Assembly: GCA_963825255.1 (NCBI GenBank)
Contig: CAWGSF010000007.1
Location: 2,888 to 66,887, forward strand
Reading direction: 5' to 3'
Source: an uncultured Actinomycetes bacterium
GTDB taxonomy: Bacteria; Actinomycetota; Thermoleophilia; Gaiellales; Gaiellaceae
DNA length: 64,000 nt
Part shown: in pieces, positions 10,619-19,906 of the stretch
How the letters are laid out: every line of letters starts with the position of its first letter
How positions within the stretch are numbered: the stretch's first letter is position 1
The notes under the pieces: generated by a model
Seen by the model: the letters and a program-made list of their open reading frames with translations, nothing else
Told to the model about the DNA's origin: nothing
The model's database searches: none
Position numbers and translations under genes: made by a program

Positions 10619-11554
10619 GTGGCGGGGGCTACGCCGGCTGTCGATCGCTCCTCCGCAAGGTTGGGGCTCGAGTTGATCGGTGCGACGAAGCGCTTCGACG
10701 CGATCGTGGCCCTCGACGACGTGAGCCTGGAAATTCGGCCGGGCCGGGTGGTGGGCTTCCTCGGCCCGAACGGGGCGGGGAAGACAACGGCCATGCGCGC
10801 CGTCTTCGGGCTCGTCGAGCTTGACGGCGGCGAGCTGCTTTGGGGCGGGAGCCCGGTCGGATTCGAGGAGCGGCTGCGGTTCGGCTACATGCCCGAGGAG
10901 CGCGGCCTCTACCCGCGCATGCGCCTCGCCGACCAGCTCGCCTACTTCGCCTCCCTGCACGGGCTCACCCCCGCCGCGGCTCGTGCCGCGGCATCCGAGT
11001 GGCTCGAGCGACTTTCCCTCGCCGACCGCGCCGGCGCGAACGTCGAGGAGCTCTCGCACGGGAACCAGCAGCGAGCCCAGCTTGCGGCGGCGCTGCTGCA
11101 CGCGCCGGAGCTGCTCGTGCTCGACGAGCCCTTCGCCGGGCTCGACCCCCTCGCCGTGCGCACCCTCGCCGACGTGCTCCGCAGCGAGGCGGCTCGCGGG
11201 GCGGCGGTTCTCTTCTCGAGTCACCAGCTCGAGCTCGTCGAGGACGTCTGCGAGGACGTGGCGATCATCGATCGGGGCCGCGTCGTCGCCACGGGGCACA
11301 TCGACGATCTGAGGAGGGCTTCGCACAGGCTGCGAATCGACCTCCGGCTCGAGGGGGCGCCGCCGGAGTGGCTGCCGCCGGTCTCCGGCGTCGAGCTCGT
11401 CGAGCGTCGAGACGGCAGGCTGAGGCTGCTCGCGCCCCGCGCCGTCGACCCGAAGCAGGTGCTGGCCGCCGCCGAGAGAACCGGGCGGGTCGTCGAGTTC
11501 GGCTACGGGCCGCCCTCGTTGGCCGAGCTCTTCCTGGAGCTGGTCGGGCGATGA
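10619..11554 (+). CDS. ABC transporter ATP-binding protein (start uncertain: 10544, 10619 or 10661)
   Basis: Walker A GPNGAGKTT, signature LSHGNQQR, Walker B LLVLDEP. ATGA overlap with the next gene. Confidence 0.85.
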   Translation: MAGATPAVDRSSARLGLELIGATKRFDAIVALDDVSLEIRPGRVVGFLGPNGAGKTTAMRAVFGLVELDGGELLWGGSPVGFEERLRFGYMPEERGLYPRMRLADQLAYFASLHGLTPAAARAAASEWLERLSLADRAGANVEELSHGNQQRAQLAAALLHAPELLVLDEPFAGLDPLAVRTLADVLRSEAARGAAVLFSSHQLELVEDVCEDVAIIDRGRVVATGHIDDLRRASHRLRIDLRLEGAPPEWLPPVSGVELVERRDGRLRLLAPRAVDPKQVLAAAERTGRVVEFGYGPPSLAELFLELVGR

Positions 11555-12693
11555 GCGGCTGGCGCGCGATCGGGCTCGTCGCCCGGCGCGAGATCCACGA
11601 GCGGCTGCGAAGCCGCGCCTTCCTCGTTTCGACGGTCGTCCTCCTCCTGCTCGTCGGCGGGTCGACCGCGCTCAACGGCGCCCTCTCGCGGGAGACGACC
11701 TACGACGTTGCGGTGACGACACCAGCGCCGCCCGGGCTCGAAGCCGCCCTCAAGCGCGCCGCGGAGCCGTTCGACGCGCACGTGCAGCTGAAACCGCTCG
11801 CGTCGGCGGCAGCCGGACGCCAGGCGCTTGCGGCCGAGGACGTCGACGCGCTCCTGCTCCTGAACGACGACCGGCTCGTTTTCCGCGCGAACGTCGACAC
11901 GGAGCTTGCGGCGGTCGCCGACACCGCCGTGCGCGCGCTCCGCCGACAGCTGCCACCCGCGCCGGAGCTGACGGTGTCGACGCTTGAGCCTTCGGACGCC
12001 GAGGCGACCGACGCCGAGACCCTCGTGGCCGTCGTGGGCTCCCTGCTCCTGTTCGTGTCCCTTGCCGTCTACGGAGAGTGGGTCGTCACCGGTGTCATCG
12101 AGGAGAGGAACAATCGCGTCGTCGAGCTGATTCTCTCGGCAGTGCGGTCGCGCCATCTCCTCGCCGGGAAGGTGATCGGGATCGGGCTGCTCGGACTCGG
12201 GCAGCTCGCGCTCGTCGCCGGTCTCGCCGCCGCCCTGCTCGCCGCCGGCGTGTTCGACGCCCCGGCGGCGCTCGGTGCCAGTCTCGCGCTGGTCGTGCCA
12301 TGGTTCGCGCTCGGGTTCGCGCTCTACGCGGTCGCCTATGCCGCAGCCGGCGCGCTCGCCTCCCGGCAGCAGAACGCGGAGACGGCCGGACAACCGGTGA
12401 CCTACACGCTCACCGCCGCATACTTCGCGGGTTACATCGCGGTGTCTGCCGATCCGAACGGCACTCTTGCCAACCTGCTGACCGTCTTCCCGCTGACCGC
12501 GCCGCTCGTTCTCCCGGCACGAAGCGCCCTCGTCGGCGTGCCGCTCTGGGAGCACGTACTCGCGGTCGTCCTCGTCCTCGGCTCGATCTACGCGCTCGTC
12601 CGCTTCGCCGGCCGCGTCTACGCCCGCGGCCTTCTCCACGGCGGCTCGGGCCTCGGCCTCCGAGCGGCCTGGCGCCTCACCCGCCAGCAGTGA
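11551..12693 (+). CDS. ABC-2 type transporter permease
   Basis: ATG 11551 overlaps the upstream stop (ATGA). Has an N-terminal TM, a large loop and then multiple TM helices (in-frame part of ORF 10840..12693). Confidence 0.7.
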   Translation: MSGWRAIGLVARREIHERLRSRAFLVSTVVLLLLVGGSTALNGALSRETTYDVAVTTPAPPGLEAALKRAAEPFDAHVQLKPLASAAAGRQALAAEDVDALLLLNDDRLVFRANVDTELAAVADTAVRALRRQLPPAPELTVSTLEPSDAEATDAETLVAVVGSLLLFVSLAVYGEWVVTGVIEERNNRVVELILSAVRSRHLLAGKVIGIGLLGLGQLALVAGLAAALLAAGVFDAPAALGASLALVVPWFALGFALYAVAYAAAGALASRQQNAETAGQPVTYTLTAAYFAGYIAVSADPNGTLANLLTVFPLTAPLVLPARSALVGVPLWEHVLAVVLVLGSIYALVRFAGRVYARGLLHGGSGLGLRAAWRLTRQQ

Positions 12694-12785
12694 GCCGGCC
12701 GTCTCCGGCAGCTCCGGGACTTGTAACAGGCGTCGCTCACGGGTAGGTTCGCGCTCTGGACAGGACCCATCCCGGGAGGTGCGTC

Positions 12786-14426
12786 GTGGGCATCTTGGCC
12801 ATGTTCGCCCGAAGGACGGTGCTCGTCGCGATGGTGGTTCTGCTCGCGGCGCTCGCCGCGGGGCCGGCGGTCGCGGGCGGCGGCGGCGGTGCGCCGCGCG
12901 TGCCGGCGATCGACTGGCAGCCGTGCGGTGACGACTTCCCCGGCCTCGAGTGCGCGACGGCCGAGGTGCCGCTCGACTACGACAGGCCTCGGGGCAAGAT
13001 CACCGAGCTCGCGCTGGCCCGCGTGCCGGCGAGCGACTCCGCCGGCAGGCTCGGCAGCCTGTTCATCAATCCCGGCGGTCCGGGCGGGTCCGGCGTCGGC
13101 CTCGTCCTCTTCGGCTTCGGCCAGTTCCTGCATGACAACCTCGGAGGGCGCTTCGACGTCGTCGGGTTCGATCCCCGCGGCGTCGGCGCGTCGGATCCGC
13201 TGCACTGCTTCGACAGCGAGGACGACCTGAACGCGTTCTTCGACGCGGTGCCGCTCTTCCCGTACCAGCGCGACCAGTACCGGCCCTTCTACGGCCAGTA
13301 CTCCTCGCTCGCCCGACTGTGCCTCGGCCGGGGCGAGCGGATCGCCGAGCACATGAGCACCGCGGACGTCGTCCGCGATCTCGACCTCCTGCGCCGGGCG
13401 GTCGGCGACCGCAAGCTGAACTACCTGGGGTTCTCGTACGGCAGCTACATCGGCAACACGTACGCCAACCTCTTCCCGAAGAACGTGCGCGCGCTGGTCA
13501 TCGACGGCGTGCTCGACCCGGTTCTCTGGTCGAGCGGGCGCCAGATCGAGTCCGACCGCGTCGCCACGCAGGAGGTGTTCGACGAGTTCCTGCGCCTGTG
13601 CAAGGAAGCCGGCCCGGCCGCCTGCGCGTTCTGGGACGGAAAGCGGACGGCGAAGCGCTGGGAGAAGCTCGCCCGGACGATCGAGGACGAGCCCGTCGAC
13701 CTCGGCGACGGTTTCCTCTACACCTACGACTTCCTGATCAACGACGCCGCCGGCGCGATGTACTCGCCGGAGATCTGGGGCGGCCCCGACGGCTACGCGG
13801 CGTTGCTCGACTTCGTCGCGGACGTGACCCTGGGCGACCAGTCGGCGAAGGCGAAGGCGCGCGCAGTGCGCCGCAACCTCGTCCAGGCGCTGTCGCCGCC
13901 GCAGACGGAGCACGACTACGACAACGGGCTCGACGCGTACTTCGGCAATCAGTGCGCGGACACGGAGTACCCGGACAGCTTCTTCGAGTTCCGGGTGATC
14001 GACCGATACGCGCGGGCCGGCTCGCGCTTCGGCCCCTACTGGTGGTGGTTCAACGCCCCGTGCGCCGAGTGGCCGGTCGCGAAGGACCGCTACGTCGGGC
14101 CGTGGACGGCGCGCACGTCGGCTCCGGTCCTCGTCGTCGGCAACTTCCACGATCCCGCGACCGACTACGCCGGGGCGCAGGCCTCGAGCAAGCTGCTGAA
14201 GAACAGCCGCCTGCTCAGCTACGCGGGCTGGGGGCACGTCGCCTACGCGCGCAACGTGTGCACGCAGGAGTACGTCGACGCGTACCTCCTCGACGGCAGC
14301 CTGCCGCCCGTCGGCACGATCTGCCCGGCGAACCCCAACCCGTTCCTCGACGTGCCCGAGGAGCCCCTGGCCGAGAGCACGCATCTCGTCGGCCTGCCGC
14401 CGGACGGGATCCCGCCGTCGCCCTAG
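12786..14426 (+). CDS. Secreted alpha/beta hydrolase (TAP-like / S33 tripeptidyl-aminopeptidase type)
   Basis: Signal peptide, nucleophile elbow GFSYGSYIG, and a C-terminal TAP-like region (VVGNFHDPATDYAGA). Confidence 0.75.
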   Translation: MGILAMFARRTVLVAMVVLLAALAAGPAVAGGGGGAPRVPAIDWQPCGDDFPGLECATAEVPLDYDRPRGKITELALARVPASDSAGRLGSLFINPGGPGGSGVGLVLFGFGQFLHDNLGGRFDVVGFDPRGVGASDPLHCFDSEDDLNAFFDAVPLFPYQRDQYRPFYGQYSSLARLCLGRGERIAEHMSTADVVRDLDLLRRAVGDRKLNYLGFSYGSYIGNTYANLFPKNVRALVIDGVLDPVLWSSGRQIESDRVATQEVFDEFLRLCKEAGPAACAFWDGKRTAKRWEKLARTIEDEPVDLGDGFLYTYDFLINDAAGAMYSPEIWGGPDGYAALLDFVADVTLGDQSAKAKARAVRRNLVQALSPPQTEHDYDNGLDAYFGNQCADTEYPDSFFEFRVIDRYARAGSRFGPYWWWFNAPCAEWPVAKDRYVGPWTARTSAPVLVVGNFHDPATDYAGAQASSKLLKNSRLLSYAGWGHVAYARNVCTQEYVDAYLLDGSLPPVGTICPANPNPFLDVPEEPLAESTHLVGLPPDGIPPSP

Positions 14427-14490
14427 TAGGCCGAGGACGAGAACGGGAGCCGACATGGGCGGTGCGCAAACCACCTGCGTCTAAGGCGGC

Positions 14491-14508
14491 GTGGCACTCA
14501 GGTGCCAC
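14491..14508 (+). terminator. Hairpin followed by a T-rich tract downstream of the hydrolase gene
   Basis: GTGGCAC-TCAG-GTGCCAC followed by CCGCTTTCGCTTTGC. Confidence 0.4.
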
Positions 14509-14602
14509 CCGCTTTCGCTTTGCTAGAACGATGCAGGTTTCCGGGTACCTGGAGGGGTACGTCGCGCCCTTGGCTTTGAGGCGATCCCGCCTCGGGTGGG
14601 CT

Positions 14603-14920
14603 CTATCGTCCGGATGCGGTAGCTCGTTCGGTGCCGGTGATCCGCGGTGAGGGACGCAGGACCACTCGGCGTTCCTCGGGAACGACGCGCTCGACCTCGG
14701 CCACCGGGACGATCAGCAGTACGTCTCCCGAGCGCCCTGCGTGCACGGCCAGCGCGGTCGGACGATCCCAGCGCGTGCTCGGCGCATAGCGCAACGTGTC
14801 CACGAGGCCGACGTGGCACTCAGCCGAGTCGACCATGAACCCCTCGCAGAGGGCAAGGCCCTCGAGGGACGAGGCTTCGGCGTCTCGAGAGCGAGACCTC
14901 ACCGTCTGAGCGCTGTTCAT
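14603..14920 (-). CDS. PRC-barrel domain protein (probable)
   Basis: ORF 14603..14983. Internal ATG 14920 is preceded by GAGGGGGG. Sequence GFMVDSAECHVGLVDTLRY...LLIVPVAEVERVVPEERRVVL resembles PRC-barrel proteins. Confidence 0.45.
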   Translation of the reverse strand: MNSAQTVRSRSRDAEASSLEGLALCEGFMVDSAECHVGLVDTLRYAPSTRWDRPTALAVHAGRSGDVLLIVPVAEVERVVPEERRVVLRPSPRITGTERATASGR

Positions 14921-15086
14921 GGTCGACCCCCCCTCGGCGTGGTGCGAAAGAGTCGGGGGGCGGCGCTCCGATCCCGGTTCCACGGCCGCGTGGTCCCTTC
15001 ACGAGCGCCGCCCTCCCAAACATGTCGAGACTAGCAGGTGTGATGAGAAAATGAGTAGCTCTCGCTGATATCTTGCGCCGAAAAGT

Positions 15087-15806
15087 ATGGCAAAGAGCGA
15101 AGACATCCTTCCCATGAGTTCCGTATTCTCCCCGACAATGCCTCAAGACTCACGTCCGATCTACAGCATTGGTGTGGTCGCGCGCCTGCTCGGCACCAGC
15201 CCGGGGACGATCCGGACGTGGGAGGACCGCTACGGCGTCGTCTCGCCGCAGCGAAGCGCAGGCGGGCGAAGGCTCTACTCGCGCGACGAGGTCGAGCGGC
15301 TTCGCTTCGTCAAGACGAAGATCGACGAGGGCATCCAGCCGGCGGACGCGCACCGTTTGCTCGCGGAGCGGATCGAGGCGGGCTCCAGCACGGCGAACGA
15401 GGGTGCGCGTGAGGCGCCGGGTCGGCTCATCCTGCTGGCGGAGCGCGACGTCCATTCGGCCGACCTCTCCGAGTACTTCCTCCGCCGCGCGGGGTACGAG
15501 GTGAGCGTCGCATCCGACCCGGCCGATGCCGAGAGGAAGTTCGCCGAGCTCTCTCCGCAACTCGTGATCGTCGACCTTCTCCTCTCCGGAGGAGCCGGAG
15601 CGGATCTTTGCCGCCGCCTCAAGGAGCGGCGCTCCTTCGTACCGGTGCTCGCAGTGTCGAGTCTCGATGCTCGCGAGGCTGCTGCGGTGGCGGGTGCGGA
15701 TGCCTTCATGCAGAAGCCGCTCGAGCCGCCTGAGCTCGTTTCCGTCGTGACCGAGTTGCTCGGCTCGGAAGCCTCTCTCGATTCGGACGTCGGGGCCCGA
15801 GTGTGA
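15087..15806 (+). CDS. MerR-family HTH fused to a response-regulator receiver domain
   Basis: YSIGVVARLLGTSPGTIRTWEDRYGVVSPQRSAGGRRLYSRDEVERLRFV (MerR HTH), then RLILLAERD...PQLVIVDLLLSGGAGADLCRRLK (receiver). Confidence 0.75.
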   Translation: MAKSEDILPMSSVFSPTMPQDSRPIYSIGVVARLLGTSPGTIRTWEDRYGVVSPQRSAGGRRLYSRDEVERLRFVKTKIDEGIQPADAHRLLAERIEAGSSTANEGAREAPGRLILLAERDVHSADLSEYFLRRAGYEVSVASDPADAERKFAELSPQLVIVDLLLSGGAGADLCRRLKERRSFVPVLAVSSLDAREAAAVAGADAFMQKPLEPPELVSVVTELLGSEASLDSDVGARV

Positions 15807-17201
15807 TCAACCGCGTTCCGAGCGGCGATCCCAAGCTCGACCAGGTGCTCGGGGGCGGGCTCCCCGAGCACTCGATCGCGCTGGTCGCAGGCGCCCCCGG
15901 GAGCGGCAAGACGATTCTCGCCCACCAGTACGTCTTCCAGAACGCGACAAGCGAGAAGCCGGCCCTCTACATCACGACGGCGTCGGAGCCCTTCGACAAG
16001 GTCCTGCGCTACGGCCAGGGCCTCACATTCTTCGATCGTCAGGCCGTGGGACAGAGGGTCTTCTTCGAGGACGTCGGAACCGTGCTCGCGTCGAGAGGGC
16101 TCACTGCGGCCCTCGATCGAATCGACGCGCTCCTGAAGGAGCGGCGTCCGGGCATGATCGTGATCGACAGCTTCACAGCGTTTCGCGACTTTGCGGCGGA
16201 CGACGGTGAGTTTCGGAGGTTCCTGCACGCTCTCGCCGGCCGGCTCTCCGTGTTTCCGGCCACGACCTTCTGGATCGGGGAGTACGACGGCGAAGAGGCT
16301 GCGCAGAGCCCTGAGTTCACGGTTGCCGACGCGATTCTGCATCTGTCCGCGAAGTGGATCTCGGAACGCGAGCTCCGGGAGTTCGAGGTTCGCAAGCTCC
16401 GCGGCTCCGACTTCCTCATGGGAAGGCATGCGTACCGGCTCTCGCAGGAGGGCGTCGACGTCTTCCCCCGTCTTGCCGATCCTGCGCAGGAAGCGCGCTA
16501 TGACTCGAGAGGGGCGCGGTCGCATCTCCTCGGGGATCAAGGCGCTCGACGAGATGCTGGCCGACGGGTATTGGCCCGGTTCGTCGACCTTGATCGCGGG
16601 CCCCTCGGGCTGTGGCAAGACTCTCCTGGGCCTTCACTTCGTCTTCGGCGGCGCCCAGCATGGGGAGCCCGGCCTCATCGCCACGCTTCAGGAGAACCCC
16701 ACGCAGCTCGAGCGCGTCGTCCAGAGCTTCGGCTGGTCGCTCGACGAGGACAGCGTCGAGGTCATGTATCGGTCGCCCGTCGATATCTACATCGACGAGT
16801 GGTTCTACGAGCTCTTTCAGAGGATCGAGAGCGGCGGCGTCCGCCGGGTCCTGCTCGACAGCCTCGACGATCTCGGTTTTACCACTCAGGACGAGGTGCG
16901 CTTTCGCGAGTACATGTACTCACTCGTTCAGCGCTGCGCGCGAGCGCGCGTCAGCCTCATGATGACCCTCGAGGTTCCGGACATCTCCCGCGTCACGCAC
17001 CTGTCCGATTTCAGCATCTCGCACCTTGCCGACAACGTGGTCCTTCTCCAGTACGTCTGGGCGGGGTCCGAGGTGAAGCGCGCTCTCACGGTCCTGAAAG
17101 CCCGTGCGAGCGCGCTCGAGCCGACCGTCCGCGAGTTCAGGATCCTCCCCGACGGCATCGTTCTCGGCGACACGATCGACCTCGTCCACGACAAGGGCTG
17201 A
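15803..17201 (+). CDS. kaiC: KaiC-like double RecA-domain ATPase (one frame change near 16510)
   Basis: Domain 1 has GAPGSGKT (ORF 15803.. frame). Domain 2 has RISSGIKALDEML...GPSGCGKT (ORF 16191..17201). GTGA overlap with the upstream regulator. Homolog only: no kaiA or kaiB in the window. Confidence 0.75.
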
Positions 17202-17458
17202 CTGCGGGCCCGGCTCCGCGGTCGACGGCGTGGGCGGCCATGCTTTCCGAGGCACAGCGACCGCGTCGGAGAGCGGCAGAGCGGCTGGGCCCGCCCGGCC
17301 GAACGGCCGGCTTCGCCGTCCCTCGAGCGCGCTCCGGATCCGTACTCCCCAGACGACGCGCCGCGCGGTCCCGTGGGCGAGGGCATGTCAATGCGCCCGG
17401 GAGGACTACGCTCTGTCTTGCACCCCGTACCGACTGCGAACGGGACGAGGGGAGCTGG

Positions 17459-18559
17459 ATGACCAAGGAGATCAAGCGGACGGCATTCGACCGCCGGCAG
17501 CGAGCGCTGGGGGTCGTCCAGCACCTGGACCGTGAAGGCTGGTACTGGCCCAAGCACTTCGGCGATCCCGTGGCCGAGCACCACGCGATCCGCAACGACG
17601 TCGGAGTCTGGGACGTCTCGCCGCTGCGCAAGCTGGCGTTGAGCGGCCCAGACGTCGTGAAGGCGGTCGACCGGATCTTCGCGAACGACATGCAGAGCCT
17701 CGAGATCGGGCAGGTGCGGTACACGCCGTTCTGCGACGAGAACGGGAAGCTGGTCGGCGAATGCACGGTCCTGAGGATGGCCCACGACCGGTGCATGGCG
17801 GTCACCGCGCTCGACTCCGACCTCGACCACTTCAAGACCGTGGTCGACGGGCTCTCGGTCGAGATCGAGCCGATGACGAGGTCGATCCCGCAGCTCGGGA
17901 TCAGCGGCCCCCGCTCACGCGAGCTGCTCCAGAGTCTCACCGACGTCGACGTCGCGGGGCTCCGCTACTTCCGCTTCTGGCCCGAGCAGGTGAAGGTCGG
18001 CGGCGTTCCGTGCTGGGTGTCACGCACCGGCTACTCGGGCGAGCTCGGGTACGAGCTGTTCTGCTCGCCCGAGGGGGCCGAGCAGCTCTGGGACGCGGTC
18101 GTCGACGCCGGCGCGAGGCCGTATGGGCTGGCCGCAGTCGAAACGATCAGGATCGAGTCCGGGCTGATCTTCATCGGGCGCGACTACTTCCAGCACGAGA
18201 CGAGCCCGTACGACGTAGGCCTCGACAAGCTCGTCCGGCTCGACAAGGCCGAGTTCCACGGCAAGAAGGCGCTCGCCGCCGAGGCCGCGAGTCCGCCCAA
18301 CCGGTTCGTCACCCTCGTCGTGGACGGACCGGTCCCCGAATACGGCGCCGCCGTGACGAAGAACGGTGAGCGGGTCGGCACGGTGACGAGCCCTTGTGCA
18401 AGCCCCACGCTCGGCAAGGTCATCGGCCTGACCGTGCTGAGCGCCGACGTCGCCCGCGACGGTGAGACCGTGGAGGTCGCCGTGGAGAACGGAAGCGTCC
18501 CCGCCACGGTCGCCCCCACGCCCCTCTACGACACCGAGAAGAAGCGCCCGCGAGCGTAG
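17459..18559 (+). CDS. Aminomethyltransferase (GcvT) family folate-binding protein
   Basis: In-frame ATG 17459 within the read-through ORF 15803..18559. Motifs: GVWDVSPLRKLALSGPD, SRTGYSGELGYELF, ETIRIESGL. Confidence 0.75.
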   Translation: MTKEIKRTAFDRRQRALGVVQHLDREGWYWPKHFGDPVAEHHAIRNDVGVWDVSPLRKLALSGPDVVKAVDRIFANDMQSLEIGQVRYTPFCDENGKLVGECTVLRMAHDRCMAVTALDSDLDHFKTVVDGLSVEIEPMTRSIPQLGISGPRSRELLQSLTDVDVAGLRYFRFWPEQVKVGGVPCWVSRTGYSGELGYELFCSPEGAEQLWDAVVDAGARPYGLAAVETIRIESGLIFIGRDYFQHETSPYDVGLDKLVRLDKAEFHGKKALAAEAASPPNRFVTLVVDGPVPEYGAAVTKNGERVGTVTSPCASPTLGKVIGLTVLSADVARDGETVEVAVENGSVPATVAPTPLYDTEKKRPRA

Positions 18560-18601
18560 GAGATCGCTCCCGGGAGCGATGTACGATGCCCTCCCTTTCG
18601 C

Positions 18602-19906
18602 ATGAGTGACAGACAACCGACCGTCGTCTTCTTCCCGGAGGCCGCCTTCGGCCCGACGAACAACTGCGTCGGGATCGGTGACGTGCTTCGCGGGCGCGGC
18701 TACCGCGTCGTCTTCATCGTCGAGGAGTCGTTCGCGGGCAGCCTCGAGGCGAAGGGCTTCGAGGAGCGGCTGATGCGGCTCGGGCCGCCGCCCGAGGTCG
18801 AGGAGATACCCGGCCAGTTCTGGAAGGAGCTGGTCCGCGAGATGGCGCCGGTGTTCCGCAAGCCGACGATCGAGCAGCTCGACGAGTTCCTCCGGCCGGG
18901 CATGCAGGCGCTGATCGACGGGTCGAAGTACGTGGACGAGAAGCTCGTCGAGATCTTCGAGGAGCTCCGGCCGGACGTCATCGTGGAGGACAACGTCGTC
19001 GCGTACCCGGCGATCGAGGCGTCGGGGAGGCCATGGGTGCGGATCGTGTCGTGCAACCCGCTCGAGCTGAAGGATCCGGCGCTACCTCCCGTGTTCTCGG
19101 GTTACCCCGCCGATGACAGCTCCGGCTGGAACGAGTTCCGCGCCGAGCACCGGCGGACGCATCTCCCCATGTGGGAGGACTTCGACGAGTTCGTGCGGAC
19201 GAGGGGAGCGCCGGGGCTCCCGGAGCTCGAGTTCATCCACGAATCGCCGTACCTCAACCTCTACGTCTATCCGGGCGAGGTCGACTACGCGCGCTCGGTG
19301 CCGCTGGCACCGACCTGGCATCGGCTCGAGTGCTCGGTCAGGGAGACCGAGGCCGAGTGGGAGGTGCCCGAGCAGCTCGCCGCCGGGCCGGGGCGTCTCC
19401 TCTACCTCAGCCTCGGGAGCCTGGGCTCGGCCGACGTCGAGCTGATGCAGCGGCTCGTCGACATCTTCGCCGCCACGCCGCACCGGCTGATCGTCAGCAA
19501 GGGCCCGCAGCATGAGCTGCTGCGGCTCGCCGACAACATGGCCGGCGAGGAGTTCCTCCCGCAGACGAAGGTGCTGCCGCAGGTCGAGCTCGTGATCACG
19601 CACGGCGGCAACAACACGACGACGGAGAGCCTCTACTTCGGCAAGCCGATGGTCGTCCTCCCGCTGTTCTGGGATCAGTACGACAACGCCCAGCGGGTCG
19701 ACGAGCTCGGCTTCGGACGCCGGCTTGCCCCGTACACGTGCACCGCGGAAGAGCTGACCGGTGCGATCGACGCACTGCTCGCCGACCGTGCTCTGGCGGC
19801 TCGGCTCGAGGCAGTCTCGGCCAGGGTGCGCTCAGAGCCCGGCACGGTGAGAGCCGCCGACCTGATCGAGCAGCTGGCGACGACCGGGCGCCCCGTCACG
19901 CGGTGA
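18602..19906 (+). CDS. GT1 family UDP-glycosyltransferase (MGT-like)
   Basis: C-terminal nucleotide-sugar signature ITHGGNNTTTESLYFGKPMVVLPLFWDQYDNA. Confidence 0.8.
   Translation: MSDRQPTVVFFPEAAFGPTNNCVGIGDVLRGRGYRVVFIVEESFAGSLEAKGFEERLMRLGPPPEVEEIPGQFWKELVREMAPVFRKPTIEQLDEFLRPGMQALIDGSKYVDEKLVEIFEELRPDVIVEDNVVAYPAIEASGRPWVRIVSCNPLELKDPALPPVFSGYPADDSSGWNEFRAEHRRTHLPMWEDFDEFVRTRGAPGLPELEFIHESPYLNLYVYPGEVDYARSVPLAPTWHRLECSVRETEAEWEVPEQLAAGPGRLLYLSLGSLGSADVELMQRLVDIFAATPHRLIVSKGPQHELLRLADNMAGEEFLPQTKVLPQVELVITHGGNNTTTESLYFGKPMVVLPLFWDQYDNAQRVDELGFGRRLAPYTCTAEELTGAIDALLADRALAARLEAVSARVRSEPGTVRAADLIEQLATTGRPVTR

Noticed and set aside
17202-17458. A glycine riboswitch upstream of the GcvT-family gene.
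   Set aside because: I could not find the conserved tandem GGAGAG...CACCGAAGGGGCAA-type cores.
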